Below, piece after piece: positions 50,901-62,044 of a DNA stretch of 64,000 nt (positions within the stretch are counted from its first letter, which is position 1; each line of letters opens with the position of its first letter). Position numbers and translations under genes: made by a program. Where the stretch lies: contig NC_081379.1 of assembly GCF_030684315.1 (NCBI RefSeq), positions 28,240,637 to 28,304,636 of the forward strand. The letters are read 5' to 3'. Under the pieces are notes generated by a model. That model was not told where the DNA came from. It made no database searches and saw only the letters and a list, made by a program, of their open reading frames with translations. Origin of the DNA: Stegostoma tigrinum. Taxonomy: Eukaryota.

Positions 50901-51462
50901 AAATCAACAAATAATTGCAAAATTTCCTATCATTATATAGTTAAGACTCCAATTAACATGATCTTGGTTTAAAATCTTATTTTAACACAGAGGTTAAACT
51001 GTACATCTGCTTAATCTTCCTTTGGTTCAAGGCATATCCCCTTTTAACTTCACTGTGAATGTGTGCTTGACATTGCAACTTCATTATTTTTTCTTGGGGT
51101 TAGCAGACAATAAAACTGATTCTTTTTTGCAGGAAAATCTTGTGACTGGCTCGTTAACACTACAATAGAAATTAACAAACTACATTTTATTTGGAGGGAA
51201 GCATAGCCTGGCCTTAAAAAGAATTAAGGAGATTAAAAAGAGGGTAGCCGATACGCTCTCCCCATCACTCTGCAGAAATAGTAGATGTCGTATTCAGGAG
51301 TGGGAATTCCAATTATTGGCATCTGCCATTTTTGAAACAATGGAGAAATTCTCCATAATGATCAAACACATCAGCCAGATGTAAATCCATTGATCAATCT
51401 GCACTGCAGAATGAACCACCACTTTAACACAATTAATTCAACAGCTGATAGCTTTTTTTTAA

Positions 51463-51800
51463 AATGAATTCATAAGGGATGTGGATGTCACTAGCCAGGC
51501 CAGCATTTATTTCCCAATCCTAATTGCCCCAGAGATCAGATAAGTGTCCATATTGCTGTGGGTCTGGAGTCACATGTTGGCCAGACCAGGGAAGGATGAG
51601 AGATTTCCTTCCCTAAAGGGCATGAGCAAACCCAGATGGTTTTTTTCCCCGACAACTGACAAATGGATGCTTGATCATCACTAGATTCTTAATTCCAGAT
51701 TTTTGATGGATTCAATTTCCACCATCTGCCATGGTAGGGTTCAAACCTGTCTCCCCAAAATATCACCTTAATAGTCCAGTGATAATACCACAAGGCCATC
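51463..51800 (-). mobile_element. MetaSINE-like SINE
   Basis: Reverse complement of the 44343 element (ggagtcacatgttggccagaccagggaagg..ttccttccctaaagg). Confidence 0.82.
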
Positions 51801-52397
51801 AGCTACTCTTTGATAGCTAATATTGCCAGATTTTATTATAAAGACTTATTCAACGATGAGAAATATTTTAAAAGAATTTGCAGGCACTGTCACTTTATGA
51901 AAATCTGGATAGAGCATGTTATTCAACTAAATTAATGTTGAATGATAGATAAAGTATTAAATACAGTGCCTTTGGTTTCAAGTCAGCCCGAGTTAGTCTT
52001 TTCACAATGTGGTGCGACACTACAGAGACACTATTAGATTTAAATAAGACATAGGTGGAATGGATGTGTGAGCAAGGTTTATGGAGCTATATTCATAACC
52101 CAATGAAAAATGAGGATTTTGACAACCTGTAAACTTACTAGCTTATTAATGAATGATGTTTGTCTCCATTCCTTTTGCTAAAATGTCCACACTGCCATTT
52201 TAGGAAGAAAAAGAGCCTCAAAAAGCCATGTATCACAATGAAATCACAGGCATGCGACAAGATGATATCTTATAATGATGCCTTCATGCTGTGAATACAA
52301 ATGGGGCAATCACAATTCTTTTTCATCTCAATCAAAGCAAAATGCTATCCCATACATTTTTTGGGAGTGGCATATCACTTTAATATAAACATGGTTG

Positions 52398-52424
52398 GTG
52401 TGTGTGTGTGTGTGTGTGTGTGTG
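52398..52424. repeat. (GT)13 microsatellite
   Basis: Direct reading. Confidence 0.95.
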
Positions 52425-53617
52425 CGATCTAGACAGCTGTCTCCAGGGAAATGGCTTTCAAATCTTACATCTTAAAAGAGCCGGGCCGCCTACAGCAGGG
52501 CAAACAAATTAGCTGTTTAGCAAACCCAGCTCCAAAAACATGAGGAGGAAAAGTATCTTTTATTTTTTACATTCCTGAGCACATTGCAATATAAAACTGT
52601 AGTTAATCAAGTTGAGAACAGAGGAGTGGTGGCAGAGGGTGACTATGTGTAATTGTAATAGCATCAAAAGCTGGTCTGACTATAATATAGCACATTAAAA
52701 ATGGATATGTTAATTGCAGAGGTCCAGTTAGTCCTTAGGTTTCCTATCCACCTCCTGATCGCACATAAGAAAAATGTTATATGGTTATTCCGGACAAGAT
52801 CAGAATAGGAGGTCAAACACACTGTTTGCACAACAGTCTGCCACTACCATGACTCCCCCATGTTCCATATCCCTCCCCTTCTCTTCATATGGCATGGAAT
52901 ATCCAACACTACATGAATAAAACTTGCCAATAACTAGTAAGCAGGTGCCATTGGCAGGTTGAGGTGTTACTTTCCTGCAACATGAAAACAACTGCATTCT
53001 GGAAATATTAGTTGACAAATTTTCCCTGTGCCAACAACACAAATATCTAGTAGAATGATGCACTTTGTGATGTTCTATACGTTAGCCTCCCTATCATATA
53101 CCATAGAGAGTCAAGATTTTATTGAGGCAGATGCCTTGAAGTTTATTAACAATGCTAATTAGTCACAGGGCTACAGTATCACAAACTTACACACATTGTC
53201 TGGTTTCTACACTTACTGAACATTACAGACACACAGCAGACTGAAGTCACTACAATGACTCCACTGCACAGAGAAAGTGATTGTGGGTGAGATGAGTGCA
53301 TACATGTCATGACATCAGTCAACTGTGTTAAATATACAAGACTGTCTGGTTTGAAATCAATGTCACAATACAACACAGAAATACTTCAGTTTTCTACTAC
53401 AGTCCGTTAGCTAACCATTGGAAGGCTGATGTAGTGTATGTGTATCAAATAGATCTTCTAAATATGCGTGGTTGATAAGGTATTAGGGTTTTGAGGTATT
53501 AATTCAAATCACATTGGCATGAATGAATTTTAACAAAACTGCTCCTTAAGATTGAACAGTTAGCTAGACTTAAAGGACAGGGAACTGTAACATGTTTCAA
53601 GAGCTGTAGCAATCTTT

Positions 53618-54162
53618 TCAATTCATTCACAGGATGTGGGTGTAATGGTAGGAGCAATGTCAGCCAGGTGGATCTTACAGAGTGTGAGTTTCCTGATTAG
53701 CACTACTAACCTGGGCCAATCAGGAAGCCCTGGCTGACAGACAGATTAAAAAAAAGTGTGTCATGTACTTTGCACATGTAAATAACAGGTGACTTGGTAA
53801 TGGGTTGCTGGCCTTGGTGGAGTTATGTCAGTGGGCATCACTGGCTAGGCCAGCATTCAGTGCCCATCCCTAATCAGAGGGCAATTGACAGTCAACCACA
53901 TTGCTGTGCGTCTGGAGTCAAATGTAGGCCAGACCAGACAAGGACAGCAAATTTCCTTCGCTGAAGGATACTAGTAAACCCGTTGATATTTTTCCCCTGA
54001 CAATTGACAATGGTTTCATGGTTATCTCTTGACTCAGAGATTTTTTGTGAAATTTAAATTGCACAATCTGCCAACAGCAGGATTTAAACTCAGCTTCCCA
54101 GAACATTAGCTGGGTCTCTGGATTAACAATCCAACAATAATACCATGAAGCTATTTCTTCCC
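53618..54162 (-). mobile_element. MetaSINE-like SINE whose tail is split by a solo LTR
   Basis: attcattcacaggatgtggg | insertion | gtgggcatcactggctaggccagcatt. Homologous to 51463-51800. Confidence 0.82.
53641..53830 (+). mobile_element. 190-bp solo LTR-like insertion
   Basis: TG...CA ends and 5-bp TSD GTGGG (53636-53640, 53831-53835). CCAAT at ~53716; degenerate poly(A) signal aaataac at ~53781. Confidence 0.8.
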
Positions 54163-54678
54163 CATAATATAAAGAATTTATTAAAATAAAAATTCAGATT
54201 AAATATTATAAAATAAGAATATAATTTAGCCCTAATCTAGATCATGAGGAGAAAAAATAACCCAACTATCATTTGGCATATCGTGCTTGCTCTCATTGTA
54301 ATTTGTGATGTCTTACTACATTTGAGCATAAAATTGCAAGCTTTTCTGTACACCTCACCAAGAATGCAGTGAAAACATATTTGCTACTTGGTTATTTTTG
54401 AACATTTACATCTTCCACAATTGGTCCTTAAAGAGTCATAAATTCACCAGTTTCATCTTGCTTGCAGTAATGTACTTTTCTTGTTTATTAAGTGCTTGTC
54501 TATCGTACACTGGGACAACATAATTAATGTTGGTATCTCACATGGACTCTCTAGATGACTGTGCAAACAGTATTCAACATAAGTGATAATGGGAACTGCA
54601 GATGCTGGAGAATCCAAGATAGTAAAGTGTGAAGCTGGATGAACACAGCAGGCCCAGCAGCATCTCAGGAGCACAAAA

Positions 54679-54712
54679 GCTGACGTTTCGGGCCTAGACC
54701 CTTCATCAGAGA
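54679..54712 (-). ncRNA. Minimal type I hammerhead ribozyme motif with intact core
   Basis: ctCTGATGA-a-GGGT-ctag-GCCC-GAAAC-GTC^ag. Loopless palindromic ACGU stem III implies a dimeric form. Stem I is only ~2 bp, so activity is unproven. Confidence 0.75.
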
Positions 54713-54939
54713 GGGGGATGGGGTGAGGGTTCTGGAATAAATAGGGAGAGAGGGGAAGGCAGACCGAAGATGGAGAGAAAAGAAGATAGGTGGAGAGGAG
54801 AGTATAGGTGGGGAGGTAGGGAAGGGATAGGTCAGTCCAGGGAAGACGGACAGGTCAAGGAGGTGGGATGAGGTTAGTAGGTAGGAAATGGAGGTGCGGC
54901 TTGGGGTGGGAGGAAGGGATGGGTGAGAAGAAGAACAGG

Positions 54940-56418
54940 TTAGGGAGGCAGAGACAGGCTGGGCTGGTTGTGTGGTGCAGTGGGGGGAGGGGACGAACTG
55001 GGCTCGTTTTGGGATGCGGTGGGGGAAGGGGAGATTTTGAAGCTGGTGAAGTCCACATTGATACCATTGTGCTGTAGGGTTCCCAAGCGGAATATGAATT
55101 GCTGTTCCTGCAACCTTCGGGTGGCATCATTGTGGCATTGCAGGAGGCCCATGATGGACATGTCGTCTAAAGAATGGGAGGGGGAGTGGAAATGGTTCAT
55201 GACTGGGAGGTGCAGTTGTTTATTGCGAACCGAGCGGAGGTGTTCTGCAAAGCGGTCCCCAAGCCTCCTCTTCGTTTCCCCAATGTAGAGGAAGCCACAC
55301 CGGGTACAATGGAGACAGTATACCACATTGGCAGATGTGCAGGTGAACCTCTGCTTAATATGGAAAGTCATCTTGGGGCCTGGGATAGGGGTGAGGGAGG
55401 AGGTGTGGGGGCAAGTGTAGCATTTCCTGTGGCTGCAGGGGAAGGTGCTGGGTGTGGTGGGGTTGGAGGGCAGTGTGGAGCAAACAAGGGAGTCACAGAG
55501 AGAGTGGTCTCTCCGGAAAGCAGACAAGGGTGGGGATGGAAAAATGTCTTGGGTAGTGGGGTCAGATTGTAGATGGCGGAAGTGTCGGAGGATGATGCGT
55601 TGTATCCGGAGGTTGATGGGGTGGTGTGTGAGAACGAGGGGGATCCTCTTTGGGCGGTTGTGGCGGGGGTGGGGTGTGAGGGATGTGTTGCGGGAAATGT
55701 GGGAGACCCGGTCAAGGGCGTTCTCGACCACTGTGGGGGGAAAATTGCGGTCCTTGAAGAACTTGGACACCTGGGATGTGTGGGAGTGGAATGCCTCATC
55801 GTGGGAGCAGATGCGGCGGAGGCGGAGGAATTGGGAATAGGGGATGGAATTTTTGCAGGAGGGTGGGTGGGAGGAGGTGTATTCTAGGTAGCTGTGGGAG
55901 TCGGTGGGCTTGAAATGGACATCAGTTACAAGCTGGTTGCCTGAGATGGAGACTGAGAGGTCCAGGAAGATGTGGGATGTGCTAGAGATGGCCCAGGTGA
56001 ACTGAAGGTTGGGGTGGAAGGTGTTGGTGAAGTGGATGAACTGTTCGAGCTCCTCTGGGGAGCAAGAGGCGGCGCTGATACAGTCATCAATGTAATGGAG
56101 GAAGAGGTGGGGTTTGGGGCCCATGTAGGTGCGGAAGAGGGACTGTTCCACGTAACCTACAAAGAGGCAGGCATAGCTGGGGCCCACGCGGGTGCCCATG
56201 GCCACCCCCTTTGTCTGTAGGAAGTGGGAGGAATCAAAAGAGAAGTTGTTGAGGGTGAGGACGAGTTCGGCTAGGCGGATGAGGGTGTCGGTGGAGGGGG
56301 ACTGGTCGGGCCTGCGGGACAGGAAGAAGCGGAGGGCCTTGAGGCCACCTGCATGCGGAATACAGGTGTATAGGGACTGGACGTCCATGGTGAAAATGAG
56401 GTGTTGGGGGCCAGGCAA
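54940..56418 (-). CDS. PLE reverse transcriptase plus GIY-YIG endonuclease; uninterrupted but lacking the N-terminus
   Basis: [41 protein letters not shown] linker, VVYCLHCTRCGFLYIGETKRRLGDRFAEH. The frame stays open to the truncation at ~56453. Confidence 0.93.
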   Translation of the reverse strand: MPGPQHLIFTMDVQSLYTCIPHAGGLKALRFFLSRRPDQSPSTDTLIRLAELVLTLNNFSFDSSHFLQTKGVAMGTRVGPSYACLFVGYVEQSLFRTYMGPKPHLFLHYIDDCISAASCSPEELEQFIHFTNTFHPNLQFTWAISSTSHIFLDLSVSISGNQLVTDVHFKPTDSHSYLEYTSSHPPSCKNSIPYSQFLRLRRICSHDEAFHSHTSQVSKFFKDRNFPPTVVENALDRVSHISRNTSLTPHPRHNRPKRIPLVLTHHPINLRIQRIILRHFRHLQSDPTTQDIFPSPPLSAFRRDHSLCDSLVCSTLPSNPTTPSTFPCSHRKCYTCPHTSSLTPIPGPKMTFHIKQRFTCTSANVVYCLHCTRCGFLYIGETKRRLGDRFAEHLRSVRNKQLHLPVMNHFHSPSHSLDDMSIMGLLQCHNDATRRLQEQQFIFRLGTLQHNGINVDFTSFKISPSPTASQNEPSSSPPPTAPHNQPSLSLPP

Positions 56419-57620
56419 TTGGAAGTTCTGGATGAGGTGGAGGGCGTGGGTGGTATTCCAGAACCCTCACCCCATCCCCATCTCTGATGAAGGGTCTAGG
56501 CCTGCAACGTCAGCCAATATTCAACATAATTTGTCTGATTTGACCATTTAACTATTTCATTTATCCCTCAAAAAAACTTGCTTAATACGTTAAAGATTCT
56601 GCTTGCTATTTGTCTTTTGTTCATTATTTCTATGAAAGGTCCTGCAGAATAATTTCAAAGTGGCTTCTCACTTCAACAAAACACACCAGTGAAATTTCTA
56701 ACTAAAACGCCCTCTGGCAAGGACATTTCAGTTTTCCTTGGGGCTAAATTAAAATCCCATGCCAAAATACTTGCGCATACATATAAACACTGATAAATAG
56801 CTCTGCTTGTATGCCTGCTGAGTAAAATTGCGCTAATTAAATGTACTTTATTGACCAAAATCAGTAATTTAGCAAAAAAAATGACCTGTTAATTATTCCA
56901 TCATCCAGCCAGCTGTCCGTGTTACTGTGAAAGATATATGCACTGGATCATGCGGTTCTCCAGAGCTTTTCTGATCACTGCGCGACTGTAACAAACTGGC
57001 TTCATTTCAAAAACAAAAATATGGAATAAATTTTTTAATCTTTTGTTGATAAACTGATCAGTTGACACTGATATTTGTTGATAAGTAAAACTGGAGTATT
57101 CAGAGGACCTTTTGGGACATCAACAATTTCTCTCCAAGACAGTGAGCAAATGTTTAAGCAGAACCAGGGGCATCTTTGCTTTATCTGTCAAGCAGGCTGA
57201 TGCATCCAGCAAAAAAGGCTAAGGTACAGTTGTGATGAACCTTGGCTTGCTTCTTCTTTAATCCCAAATGCGGCAAACCTCTATTTGTTTACAATATTGA
57301 CAGTATCGAGCAGAAACAAAGGACAGGAAAAGAACCTAACAATGAATCATGTAATTAAGACCCAAGTTGTAAAGACAGATTAAACTAATTAGAAAGTAGG
57401 TTCTTCTCAAGAATTCAAATCCTGAGGTGCAATATTCTGGGAAAAGTGGAATGCCAAGACAAATGTCAAATTATTGTACCAATACTCAAGCACTCAGCTG
57501 CTCTCCTCACTATTCAAACAGATATATTAACTCTCAAGTAAAAAATCGGTTAGTCCCTTCGGATAGTGGAAAGAGTCATTTAAAAACAGCACTCTGCAAA
57601 AACATGTACAACATTAGATC

Positions 57621-57729
57621 CTTCATCAGAGATGTGCTCCTGAGATGCTGCTTGGCCTGATGTGTTCATCCAGCTTCACACTTTGTTATCGTGGATTCTC
57701 CAGCATCTGCAGTTCCCATTATCTCTGAC
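57621..57729 (+). mobile_element. PLE family A 3' stub with a 12-nt inverted HHR-core piece
   Basis: cttcatcagaga + tgtgctcctgagatgctg..gttcccattatctc. Perfect TSD tacaacattagatc at 57607-57620 and 57730-57743. Confidence 0.92.
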
Positions 57730-57799
57730 TACAACATTAGATCACCAACTTTGGATCTACCCTCATATCTTGTCATCGAAACTGAATTAGATACTGCAA

Positions 57800-57985
57800 T
57801 GTGGAAGGCAGCTGATTTTTTATTTCTGGCTAATGCGAAATATAATCCAGATAAGGGGGTGAAAGGTTATTTTAAGTAGGGAGGAATGTGAAATAATCCA
57901 ATCAACCATGATTTTATTGAACAGTGGAGCAGGCTTGACTGGAGGAGTGCCCTACACCTGCTCTTAATTCAGAAGTTCCCATGTG
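57800..57985 (+). mobile_element. Old CR1 3' end
   Basis: ggggtgaaaggttat..atcaaccatgattttattgaacagtggagcaggcttga..ctacacctgctcttaattc. Confidence 0.65.
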
Positions 57986-58239
57986 TCTTGGCTGTTTGCT
58001 CATTGGAAAATTCCTATGTCTCAAATGTGGACACACTCAATCCAGTTTCTACTCTAAATGGGCTGCAGAATAAAACGGTCAGCGACTGCTGCCATATTCA
58101 TGAAGAGGCCACAAAGTGGCAGGCATAGAAAAAAAATCTAAAATTCTGATTTCTTTTTCAGGTGGGGGTTTGGAGGCAGATGGCTATTATGAGGCAAGAA
58201 TGAGTGGAAGTTTATTCTTCCTGCCAAAGTGCACAACTT

Positions 58240-59000
58240 TGGGGTAAATGGCAGATGGAGTTTAATCTGGACAACTGCACATTAGGAGGTCAAATGCAAG
58301 ATGAAATAATACAGTAAATGGCATGATCCTTAGGAGCATTGATATACAGAGAGTTCTTGGGGTGCAAGTCTATTAGTCCATGAAAGTGAAAACACAAGTG
58401 GATCGAATGGAAGAGGCAGCATTCGGCATGCTTGTCTTTATCGGTCAGGGCATTGAGTATTAAAGTTGGCAAGTCATGTTGCAGCTGTATAAAACTTTAG
58501 TTAGGCCACATTTGGAGTATTATATGCAGTGCTGGTCACCACACCACACGAACGATGTGAATGCTTTGTAGAGGGTGCAAAAGAGGTTTACCAGGAGGTC
58601 ACCTGGATTGCAGTCTATCAGTTGTAAGGAGAGGTTGGACAAACTTGGATTGTTTTCACCAGAATGTCAGAGGCTAAAGGGTAACCTGATAAAATTATGA
58701 GAGGTATGGATAGAGTGGATTGTCGGAGTCTTTTTCCTAGGGTGGAAGTGCCAAATACTAGAGTGCATAGGTTTAAGGTGAGAGGTGAAAAGTTTAAATG
58801 AGATGTACAAGGCAAATTTTGTTACTTAGAGTGTGATTAGATGCCATGAACTCTGCCAGGGGAGGTGGAAGAAACAGACAAGATAACAACATTGAAGAGA
58901 CATTTAGACAGACACATGAAGAGGCAGTGAATAGAGGGATACTGATCATCTGCAGGCAGATGGGATCAGTTTACAATGGCACAGATGTGGTGGGCCACGT
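58240..59000 (+). mobile_element. CR1/HER1 LINE 3' fragment
   Basis: WQMEFNLDNC, LQLYKTLVRPHLEYYMQCWSP, RVQKRFTR, TRVHRFKVRG. Confidence 0.9.
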
Positions 59001-60351
59001 TCGATGTCACATGTTTTCTCACAGTACATTTCATGTGCCAAGTTTTGCGCTCAAGTTATTCCACCAGATTGTCTTGTGACCCTATTCGTTAAAGTCTCAA
59101 ATGAACAAATTAATACTGGGATTCGATATTTTTATCATGTAACCTAGAATTTATGGGTTGACTATTGCTGTCAGCAGAACGCCTGCTCTTCTAGAATATG
59201 ACTCAAACTATAGTTTTCTCATATCCTTCCCGGAAAAAGGGGGGAAGAAAAGGGTTAAAAACCAATTGCAGCTCCTGGTCTGTGTGTCTTGGTGGGTTGG
59301 TAAGCCAATCTTTTGGCACTTCTGCACTGCAGGTAATGCAAAGCTCTTCCAGTCTGAATGTTAGAAGTCAACCATTAAAAAGAAACAGGACAAAGGCCTG
59401 TCAGCTAACTTGGAGTGTTAAATCTCAAAATCAACTGCTTTACTAACAAGATCAGCATTACTGGGACTATCCAACTTGACAGCACAAACTCTCCACCAGC
59501 TATTCATCATGAGACTCAAAGACTGACTCATAAATCTTTCTACTCAATCCAGATTTCAAATCTGGACATGTATGTCATATTTTGTTGACTTTTCTCACAT
59601 TTCATAGCTAATAAACTCATCCTTTATAAAGCTCAAGAAAGCCTGATTAATTTGATTCCTATAAAAACAAGGAATAATTAGATGGGAAAAAATTAATCTG
59701 AGGGAAGGGATTTTGTTTTCTAAATTAACTTTGTTGTGGCTGAGAGAAGGGTTGGATTAAGAAAGGGGGCTCATTCCTCACCCAGAAGAACCATAGTGGG
59801 CTTGGTCGGCGGCAGGGTGGGGGCGGAGGATCCCCTTTTGAATTGTAACAAATTGAGGATCCTCGGCCAGGGACCAGTTGTAACAGTGAAAACTTATACT
59901 AGAATAGATTATATTGGCAAATCAAAACAAACATCAATATTTCACCTCAGCGCTTCCTGAAGAATAAAGCTTCCCTGTCTCAAACCTGGCTCACCATAGC
60001 TCCTCAGTGACTGATACCTTCTTATCCAACAAAAAACAACTAATCATTATTATTTTCATCTGGATTTCTGACAGATTGTTTTTTGAACATGTTAGAAACA
60101 CATTAACTACCTTATTATACTAAAATATGCCATTGGTACTTTTGTTGTAAAGGAAAATTATTTTAAACAATGCATATAGTCTCAGTAGCAGGTTTAAAAT
60201 AATCAAAGTCAAATTCAGATACATTTGCCTTTACTCTTGTAAATTAAATGACCAGTATCTCTCCTTAATTATTTATGTAAATCAAACAAAGTAACCTGAC
60301 TTCTTGAATTCTAAACATTAATTTCTTCATGTCAATATAGTTGTAAATGGA

Positions 60352-60566
60352 AAATAAAACTGTAAAAACTGCAGATCCTGGAAATCAGAAACAAAAACAG
60401 AAATTGCTGAGAAAGCTCAGCAAGTCTGGCAGCATCTGGGAAGAGAAATCAAAGTTAATGCTTCGGGTTGAATGACACTTCCACTAGACCCAAAACGTTA
60501 ACTCTGATTTTTGTCTACAGTTACTGTCAGACCTGCTGAGCTTTTCCTGCAAATACTGTTTTTGTG
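60352..60566 (-). mobile_element. PLE family B fold-back mini-insertion
   Basis: Arms aaagctcagcaagtctggcag / ctgtcagacctgctgagcttt join inside the HHR remnant (~60480). TSD gttgt(a/g)aatgga at 60340-60351 and 60567-60578. Confidence 0.85.
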
Positions 60567-62044
60567 GTTGTGAATGGAGTATTTTCCACAATTCTAGCTG
60601 AAACAGCATCACTAATACTGGTGGTGGTTACTTTAAGTCAGGACAGTAAGCTTTCTTCATCTCTGGAACAGTGTCGAGAGCCCAGCCTCCATAAAATGTG
60701 TTCAACAATATCACAATTGCAAGTTTTCAGTTTAATTTGAACCAAATGTATTCAAGCCAATTCCCAATCTGGACAGTGACAAAAGCTAAACATTATTTGT
60801 CATTGTTAGATTATGTATTGGATGCTATACTATTTTGGTATAAAGCACATACACATTTAAATCAGTTATTGAGTCGTCTTCCGTGAACTTGATGCAATTT
60901 AAGATCTGACTGCTATTCATTCTTTGCCTGTGACTCTCAGTTTAATTCAAGGTGGCATTGGTCTGCATGGTTTTATTTCCACCATTGTGCTTGGATGAAT
61001 GTCAGCCAACAGTGCTTTATTTTAGGATACTGAAGCGGCTGAGGCATTCAAATCCAACATGTTCTATTAACCCACACAAAAATTCCAGTCCTCCTCCACT
61101 ACTGAAAGCATAAAATTCAGACATAGAGAGTCTGTTTTAGGACTAACATTATGTCTGCATTTCTCCTGACACCAGCAGAAGTCAGCCCACCATGCATTTT
61201 CTGGTGCAAGCTGCAATGAATGCCATGCTGGTGAGAGCATTAGTGCACAGACTGCCAGCATCTGCCAGAAAACAAACAGTGTGGGTAACTCAAAGCATCT
61301 TGGTAGTCCTGCTGTTTTAATGCTAAACCGCCCAGTTAACTCTGTTTTCTAATCAAGCCTGGCTGTAATCGCACTAAATCTTCACTGATTTTCAGTTAGC
61401 TGCTGATTGATTCCTTTTGGCTACCAATACAATTGTACAAATTTTTGACATTTTCTAAAGTTCTTCAACGTTACTGAAGTCTACAGGGAGTGGTGTGGCA
61501 GGTGTGGGAGGACTTGATCCTAACATTGAGGCTTCTGTCTAAATAAGATGCTCCCAGACAAGGGCACACTAGTAGACATTTTTCTTGGGATACAGTATGA
61601 CTGGGAGAACGAGCTTAGTAGGACAAAGTGCTATGAGACCGAGCAGGAGAACTCCCAGCAGAAGAAAGTATCTGCCCAGAATGTGAGGAAGCAATTCTAA
61701 TACCTGAATCTCATGTCCATGCTTTCCCACTGTGGAGGGTGACATTGAACACACAGTATGGCTTTTTCAGTGCTGCATGTCCATTCTAAGAGGTACCACA
61801 ATCAAAATGGATCCAACTATCTTAATATCCACTATTCTACGAGCAAATGCAATAAACCATGCAGGTAATAGCCCATTCTCCTGGCAGCTGTTGACACTTC
61901 CCTTCCGTTGGATTCTGCTTTGCCATCTGTATTTCAGCTACTGGAAGAAAACAGAGAGTAGCTACTGGACTTTAACAACATGGTTCGTAGCTCTGATGTA
62001 CAACTGACAGACATGGGCAGCAGGTATATAATGAAAACCATAAC

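Larger units (their letters stand above)
54583..56514 (-). mobile_element. Young Neptune-type PLE (family A), 5'-truncated, with a 61-bp inverted terminal stub
   Basis: Full 3' tail at 54583. Stub 56454-56514 is the reverse complement of 54679-54739 with 3 differences. TSD ca(g/a)tattcaacataa at 54568-54582 and 56515-56529. Confidence 0.96.

Noticed and set aside
54940-56418. Domesticated host gene, telomerase or prokaryotic retron/DGR reverse transcriptase
   Set aside because: It has the RT plus GIY-YIG arrangement, PLE tail, inverted stub, TSD and 5' truncation, with decayed paralogues in the window. This is a PLE copy.
54855-56551. Many overlapping 70-140 aa ORFs on both strands (also 20117-22332)
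   Set aside because: Alternative-frame or antisense by-products of the C-rich PLE sequence, which is poor in stop codons.
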